From positions 19,463 to 83,462 of the forward strand of contig CAZTTS010000002.1 of NCBI GenBank assembly GCA_964616165.1: a stretch of DNA of 64,000 bases, given 5' to 3'. A program made the translations under genes and the position numbers. Of this stretch, positions 59,204-64,000 are shown in pieces. Source of the stretch: an uncultured Lachnospiraceae bacterium. GTDB taxonomy: Bacteria > Bacillota > Clostridia > TANB77 > CAG-508. The notes below the pieces were generated by a model that was given only the letters and a program-made list of their open reading frames with translations, was not told where the DNA came from and made no database searches. The first letter of the stretch is position 1. Each line of letters opens with the position of its first letter.

Positions 59204-60415
59204 ATGAATCAAATAAATGACAATGAAAATATTATTGAAACTTCAACAGAGTTTAAAAAAATAGGAGTGAGACACAATAAATATGGGAACAGGAATCCAA
59301 AAAAAGTTAAAATGAAGTCAACTATTTTATCTCTTATTATTTGGGGACTAATAATTGCAATTTTAAGTGGAGTGGTTGTGTATTTTTGGCAGATTTCTCC
59401 TTTAAATAGAGAAAACAAGGAAAATATTTATTTTGTTATTGAAGAAGGAGAGTCGTCTGAACATATTGCTAAAACTTTAGTTCAAAAAGGATTGATAAGA
59501 AATGAATCATTTTTTAAACTTTATACTAAAATAAAAGATATTAATCATTTTGTTGAAGGTAAATATAAAGCATCTCAAAAAGATAGTTTTAAGGAAATTA
59601 TGAATATGATAGTAAATGGTGAAGTTGATGATACTCTTTTAATATTTCAAATTCTAGAAGGTAAAAATATCCGATATATAGCAAATAAAGTTCAAGAAGA
59701 ATTTGGAATTAATAAAATAGATTTTATGAATAAAGTTAATGATAAAGTATATATAGACACATTAATTGAAAAATATTGGTTTTTAAATAAAGATATTAAA
59801 AATAAAAATATATATTACTATTTAGAAGGATATTTATTCCCTGATACTTATCATTTTGATAAAGAAGATACAGATATTGAACTGATTATTGAAACAATGT
59901 TAAATAGAACGGAAGAAATACTTGAGCCATATAAGTCAAAATATGTAGATGATGAAGGAAAAGACTTAATGACTATTAAGACTATGCCAATACATCAAAT
60001 TTTAACTTTAGCTTCATGTGCTGAATTAGAAGGAGCAGGTGAAGAAAATAGACGTGAAATTGTTGGTGTATTTATAAATAGACTGCAAAGCGGAATGAAT
60101 ATGGGTAGTGATCCATCAACTTATTATGCTATTAAAGTGGATATAAGTGAAAGAGACTTGACAATGTCAGAAATTATGAAAGAAAACCCATATAATACTA
60201 GAGGACCTAACATGATAGGGAAAGTTCCAATTGGACCAATTTGTGCTCCAAGTAAAGAATCTATTGATGCAACCTTTAACTATAAGGTAACAAAAAACTT
60301 GTTCTTTGCTTCAGATAAAAATGGTAAAATGTATTTTTCTGCAACTGAAGCAGAACATGATGAAAAAATTGAAGAATTAATAGATTCTGGTCTTTGGTAT
60401 ATACATGAAGAATAA
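59204..60415 (+). CDS. mltG: Endolytic murein transglycosylase MltG (YceG family)
   Basis: N-terminal TM helix and the YYLEGYLFPDTYHF signature. Confidence 0.8.
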   Translation: MNQINDNENIIETSTEFKKIGVRHNKYGNRNPKKVKMKSTILSLIIWGLIIAILSGVVVYFWQISPLNRENKENIYFVIEEGESSEHIAKTLVQKGLIRNESFFKLYTKIKDINHFVEGKYKASQKDSFKEIMNMIVNGEVDDTLLIFQILEGKNIRYIANKVQEEFGINKIDFMNKVNDKVYIDTLIEKYWFLNKDIKNKNIYYYLEGYLFPDTYHFDKEDTDIELIIETMLNRTEEILEPYKSKYVDDEGKDLMTIKTMPIHQILTLASCAELEGAGEENRREIVGVFINRLQSGMNMGSDPSTYYAIKVDISERDLTMSEIMKENPYNTRGPNMIGKVPIGPICAPSKESIDATFNYKVTKNLFFASDKNGKMYFSATEAEHDEKIEELIDSGLWYIHEE

Positions 60416-60491
60416 ATTGGAATCTTAAAAAACTAGTTTTAAATTAAAATTGATTAGTTAATAAAGTAAAAATTAATAAAAAAGAATATGC

Positions 60492-60519
60492 TTGCAATAT
60501 TCTTTTTTTTTAGTATAAT
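60492..60519 (+). promoter_or_regulatory. Sigma-70 promoter (TTGCAA-16-TATAAT) for the M23 peptidase gene
   Basis: Hexamers at 60492-60497 and 60514-60519; RBS AGGAG at 60533-60537. Confidence 0.55.
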
Positions 60520-60545
60520 GCTCTTGGAATATTAGGAGAAAATTT

Positions 60546-61109
60546 ATTAAACAAGACTCAAACGCTTTTAAATTAATTAAGGCTTTTCTTGTTTTTGCTT
60601 CATCAATTATTGTTTTTTTTAGCAATAGAAGCCTAATAAATCATGAAGATTTCGACAATTGGCCAGTTATTGGTTATTATACAATAACTTCAGATTATGG
60701 CGAAAGAATTTCCCCTATAACTGGATATAAGAGCTTTCATTATGGAATTGATATTGGAGCACCAGAGGGCTCAAAATTAGTAGCTATAATGGATTCTAGA
60801 GTGAAATTTGTAGGATTTATAGATGGTTATGGGTGTACAATTAAATTAGAGAGTAATTATAAAGAAAATATCATTGAATTTGTTTATTCACATGTTTCAC
60901 CAGAATATATAGTTGAAAAAGAAATGGATGTATTAAGAGGAGATGTAATAGCCTATGGTGGACCTAAATATATAAATTTGAATGGAAACATTATTTTAAA
61001 TGGGAACACAACAGGTCCCCATCTTCATTTTGAAATTAAAATTAATAATCTTAATGTTAATCCAATAATATTTTTAAATAAGCTAGAAAACGAGGTGTTT
61101 CAGAATTAA
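60546..61109 (+). CDS. M23-family peptidase (secreted), apparent non-ATG (ATT) start
   Basis: The frame is open from 60519. The translation KQDSNAFKLIKAFLVFASSIIVFF forms a signal peptide and is followed by M23 motifs (YG.R.SPITG...HYGIDI and HLHFE). There is no ATG/GTG/TTG between the in-frame stop at 60516 and the first ATG at 60789; ATT lies 8 nt after AGGAG. Confidence 0.6.
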   Translation: MKQDSNAFKLIKAFLVFASSIIVFFSNRSLINHEDFDNWPVIGYYTITSDYGERISPITGYKSFHYGIDIGAPEGSKLVAIMDSRVKFVGFIDGYGCTIKLESNYKENIIEFVYSHVSPEYIVEKEMDVLRGDVIAYGGPKYINLNGNIILNGNTTGPHLHFEIKINNLNVNPIIFLNKLENEVFQN

Positions 61110-61118
61110 AAGTAAGAA

Positions 61119-61349
61119 TTAGTTAAGTTGATTTGTGCTTATTTCTTCTTCTAACTTAATAGTTAAATTAACATCTTTTTTATTCTTGAAAGCAATAAAT
61201 TGAGAAACAAATACAAATATAATAAAAATTAAGATAGCTGTAATTAAAGCTATAAAAAATATGCGATTTGAAGTTTTATTCTCTGTAATGTTATCTGTTT
61301 TTTTTGGTTCTACTTCTTCATTGTTTTCTTTTTTGTTTTCTTCTTCCAT
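61119..61349 (-). CDS. Small hypothetical membrane protein (76 aa)
   Basis: Acidic N-terminus and a single TM helix; divergent from efp; weak evidence. Confidence 0.35.
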   Translation of the reverse strand: MEEENKKENNEEVEPKKTDNITENKTSNRIFFIALITAILIFIIFVFVSQFIAFKNKKDVNLTIKLEEEISTNQLN

Positions 61350-61528
61350 AATTTAATCTCCACTATTAATATATAATATTATTATACCAAATACAATTTA
61401 TTTTAGTAGCTATAATAATAAATATATTTATATTTTATCCAAATAGTGTTTAAGCAATATAGCTCTAAAGTCTATGATTGCATTATATGAATAAATTATA
61501 TATAATAAGACAAGTTAAGGAGGTAGAT

Positions 61529-62101
61529 ATGGCGGTAATTTTAGCAGGGCAATTAAGAAATGGAACAACTTTTGAATTAGAAGGTAATGTATATAAGGTT
61601 TTAGAATTCCAACATGTAAAAATAGCAAGAGGGCCAGCTGTAATTAGAACTAAATTAAAAAATATAATTGCTGGTAATATTATAGACAAAACATTTAGTC
61701 CTTCAGACAAAGTTGAAGGGGCTATGATAGAAGTTAGAGAGATGGTATACCTATATAATGATGGGAATATTTATCATTTTATGGATAATGAAACATATGA
61801 ACAAATAGAACTACCATTAGAAAAAATTGAAATAGCTATAAAATATATAAAAGAAAACATGAATGTTAAAGTTTTATCTTACAAAGGAGAGATCTATGAT
61901 GTAGAACCGCCGATGTTTGTTGAATTAGAAGTTAAATACACCGAACCAGGTTTTGCTGGAAATACTGTTACAACATCAGGAAAAAATGCTACAATGGAAA
62001 ATGATTTAATAGTAGAAGTTCCGTTATTTGTTGAAACAGGAGATACATTAAAGATTGATACTAGAACTGGTACATATATTGAAAGAACTAAAAAAGCATA
62101 A
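61529..62101 (+). CDS. efp: Elongation factor P
   Basis: MAVILAGQLRNGTTFELEGNVYKV N-terminus with the KPGKG-equivalent region. RBS TAAGGAGG is 5 nt upstream of the ATG at 61529. Confidence 0.9.
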   Translation: MAVILAGQLRNGTTFELEGNVYKVLEFQHVKIARGPAVIRTKLKNIIAGNIIDKTFSPSDKVEGAMIEVREMVYLYNDGNIYHFMDNETYEQIELPLEKIEIAIKYIKENMNVKVLSYKGEIYDVEPPMFVELEVKYTEPGFAGNTVTTSGKNATMENDLIVEVPLFVETGDTLKIDTRTGTYIERTKKA

Positions 62102-62216
62102 GCATTATAATGTTTTAACTAAAGTAAAATAAGTTAAACTAAGTTAAACTAAGATAAATTATATTTAATTAAATTAATCTATATGATTATGTTAATATTA
62201 AAGATATAAACCATAA

Positions 62217-62246
62217 ATAACAAGATAAATCGTCTTGTTATTTTTA
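62217..62246 (+). terminator. Intrinsic terminator after efp (ataacaaga-taaatcg-tcttgttat + T-run)
   Basis: 9-bp perfect stem followed by ttttta. Confidence 0.65.
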
Positions 62247-62317
62247 TATATTTTCTTGTTTTTTCCCTAAAATATGCTATAATATAAAGTATCACTATGT
62301 GAAAGGGGGATATTGTC

Positions 62318-62599
62318 ATGAACCAGAAAGATTTTACTACGGTAATGTCGCCCGACCGGTTTATTGCCGAACTAAGAGAGCTTAATCCAGAAATTGATCT
62401 TAAAATGGTCGATTGGGTGTGCATCCAAGTTGGCAACAAATCTATTGAGGAAATTCTTCTACCAGATGAATTTTCTGTAATGGAAAAATCAGCATACAGG
62501 ATGAAACTGACCAATGCTCAAAGCAAAACGTTTGGCCAGTATCAGCCGGTTTTAATTTTTCCAAAACCAGAAGATTACGAAGAAGGAGACCTTCCTTGA
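62318..62599 (+). CDS. Hypothetical 93-aa protein encoded in a GC-rich (about 39%) patch, likely horizontally acquired
   Basis: RBS AAAGGGGGA precedes the ATG at 62318. GC content is about 13 points above flanking DNA. The ORF is preceded by a TTGTTT-16-TATAAT promoter and followed by a strong hairpin. Confidence 0.55.
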   Translation: MNQKDFTTVMSPDRFIAELRELNPEIDLKMVDWVCIQVGNKSIEEILLPDEFSVMEKSAYRMKLTNAQSKTFGQYQPVLIFPKPEDYEEGDLP

Positions 62600-62602
62600 A
62601 CG

Positions 62603-62637
62603 TTAAGAAGCTCCTATATTTAGGAGCTTCTTCGGTT
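62603..62637. terminator. Bidirectional terminator (aagaagctcct-atattt-aggagcttctt) shared by the convergent genes
   Basis: 11-bp perfect inverted repeat, the most GC-rich hairpin in the window, with a T-run on the + side. Confidence 0.7.
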
Positions 62638-63930
62638 TTAATTGTCTTTTTTTTCTTTGTTTTTATTAGCTTTAGTATTTCTTGCTCTTTTGATAATATT
62701 ATCATTATATTGTTTGTTAATTTTATCTAAAACAAAGTCTAATTTTTCTTCTTTAATATTTTTGCAGTTTTTTCTTTTTATACTTTTAATATCTTTTTTA
62801 TTTTCTTCTTTTATAGAAAAAAGATCTATTTGTATATTAGAATTTAAAATTAAATTATCTAAAGAAACACCGATTAATCTAACTTCATAATTATCAAACA
62901 TATCATTTAAAATTTCTATTGCAGTTTCATAAATAAGTTTTGTATTATTAGTATGTTCTTTTAAAGATTTTTGTTTACTTCTATCTTTAAAGTTTTTATC
63001 TCTTAAAGTTAATCGTATAGTTTTACAAAGTAGATTTTCGTTACGGAGATTATTAGCAATTTTTTCTACTATTTTAAGAATATGATTTTTTATTAAACCA
63101 ATATCTTTAATGTTACTAGGAAGAGTTTCAGCATTAGATATAGATTTTGCTTGTAAATTTTCTGAAACAACCTCACTATCATCAATTCCATTTGCTAATT
63201 TCCATATTTCTATACCATGTTTACCTAATTTGTTTTTTAAATCAATTGGATTAGAAATTGCAATATCTCTAATGGTATTTATTTGCATCTTTCTTAAAAT
63301 AGATTGTGTTTTCCTTCCCACAGTAAAAAGGTTTGAAATATCTAATGGCCATAGTTTCTTTTCAATTTCATTAGAATAAAGTGTATGAATCATATTTGGT
63401 TTTTTAAAATCTGATGCTGTTTTTGCCAATAATTTAACATTTGAAATTCCTATATTAACTGTAAATCCTAAAGAATTAAAGATATCATCTTTGATTGTTT
63501 TTGCAAGCTCAAGAGCTGTTTTACCCAATAAATAATCAGTTACATCAAGAAAGGATTCATCAATACTATATTTTTCAATAATTGCAGTATATTTGGATAA
63601 AATAGAGTTAAAGTCTGCTGACATTTTTTCATATAATACAAAATTAGCTGGATAAATTTCTAGATTAGGTACTTTTTGCATGGCAAAATAAACAGGTTCA
63701 CCAGTTTTTATACCTAGCTTTTTAGCAGGATTCGACCTAGCCAAAACTACTCCAGATCTTTTAGTTTCATCACCACCGATTATAGAAGGAATTAATCTAA
63801 TATCTTTATTAGAGGTTTTTAATAAGTTTACAGCAGTCCACGATAAATATGCACTATTAACATCAATATGAAAGATAATTTTATTTGAAGTATCTTTTTT
63901 TATTAAAAGTTTTTTTAAATTCTCTTCCAA
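62638..63930 (-). CDS. Y-family DNA polymerase (UmuC/UvrX/ImpB-like translesion polymerase)
   Basis: N-terminal IFHIDVNSAYLSW (UmuC-type LIDCNSFYAS analogue), VVLARSNPAKKLGIKTG, and little-finger region; 430 aa. Confidence 0.75.
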   Translation of the reverse strand: MEENLKKLLIKKDTSNKIIFHIDVNSAYLSWTAVNLLKTSNKDIRLIPSIIGGDETKRSGVVLARSNPAKKLGIKTGEPVYFAMQKVPNLEIYPANFVLYEKMSADFNSILSKYTAIIEKYSIDESFLDVTDYLLGKTALELAKTIKDDIFNSLGFTVNIGISNVKLLAKTASDFKKPNMIHTLYSNEIEKKLWPLDISNLFTVGRKTQSILRKMQINTIRDIAISNPIDLKNKLGKHGIEIWKLANGIDDSEVVSENLQAKSISNAETLPSNIKDIGLIKNHILKIVEKIANNLRNENLLCKTIRLTLRDKNFKDRSKQKSLKEHTNNTKLIYETAIEILNDMFDNYEVRLIGVSLDNLILNSNIQIDLFSIKEENKKDIKSIKRKNCKNIKEEKLDFVLDKINKQYNDNIIKRARNTKANKNKEKKDN

Positions 63931-64000
63931 GATTTTCCTCCTAGATTAAATATATTTTATTTATACTTTGCTATATAAAATTCTAAATATATTATATAAT

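Overview
This is a very AT-rich (about 26-28% GC) chromosomal segment with Firmicutes/Clostridia-type gene content, and almost every gene lies on the + strand. Most of it is housekeeping core. The window begins with the 3' end of a Cna-B-like surface protein, followed by a redox cluster (rubrerythrin, CcdA, a membrane thioredoxin, TrxA). The remaining core genes include tsaD (with an apparent 1-nt frameshift), recJ, rel-hisS, ymdB, recA-recX-scpA, ychF, murE, rpoB-rpoC, mgtA, ftsEX, rnj, gltX, nagB, serS, engB, smpB, a DUF2207 protein, addA (no addB nearby), a split transketolase, mltG, an M23 peptidase and efp. There are two tRNAs, Leu-TAG and Arg-TCT, each with a consensus sigma-70 promoter and an intrinsic terminator. 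The non-core content worth a second look is listed below.
- Two paralogous proteins have a type IV prepilin-like N-terminus but lack the conserved Glu5; one of them is fused to BspA-type leucine-rich repeats.
- A large beta-propeller membrane protein is flanked by two DUF4190-like mini-membrane proteins.
- A TPR membrane protein sits downstream of a 32-bp x2 repeat plus an (AAATAT)n microsatellite.
- RpoB carries an acidic C-terminal extension.
- A GC-rich 16-bp tandem duplication lies at the 3' end of the DUF2207 gene.
- An M23 peptidase gene has no canonical start codon.
- A roughly 39% GC (foreign-looking) 93-aa ORF is convergent with a UmuC-like Y-family polymerase at the window end.
No CRISPR arrays, rRNA genes or IS elements were seen, and no riboswitch signatures were recognised (the mgtA leader lacks M-box features; the serS and gltX leaders are too short for T-boxes).
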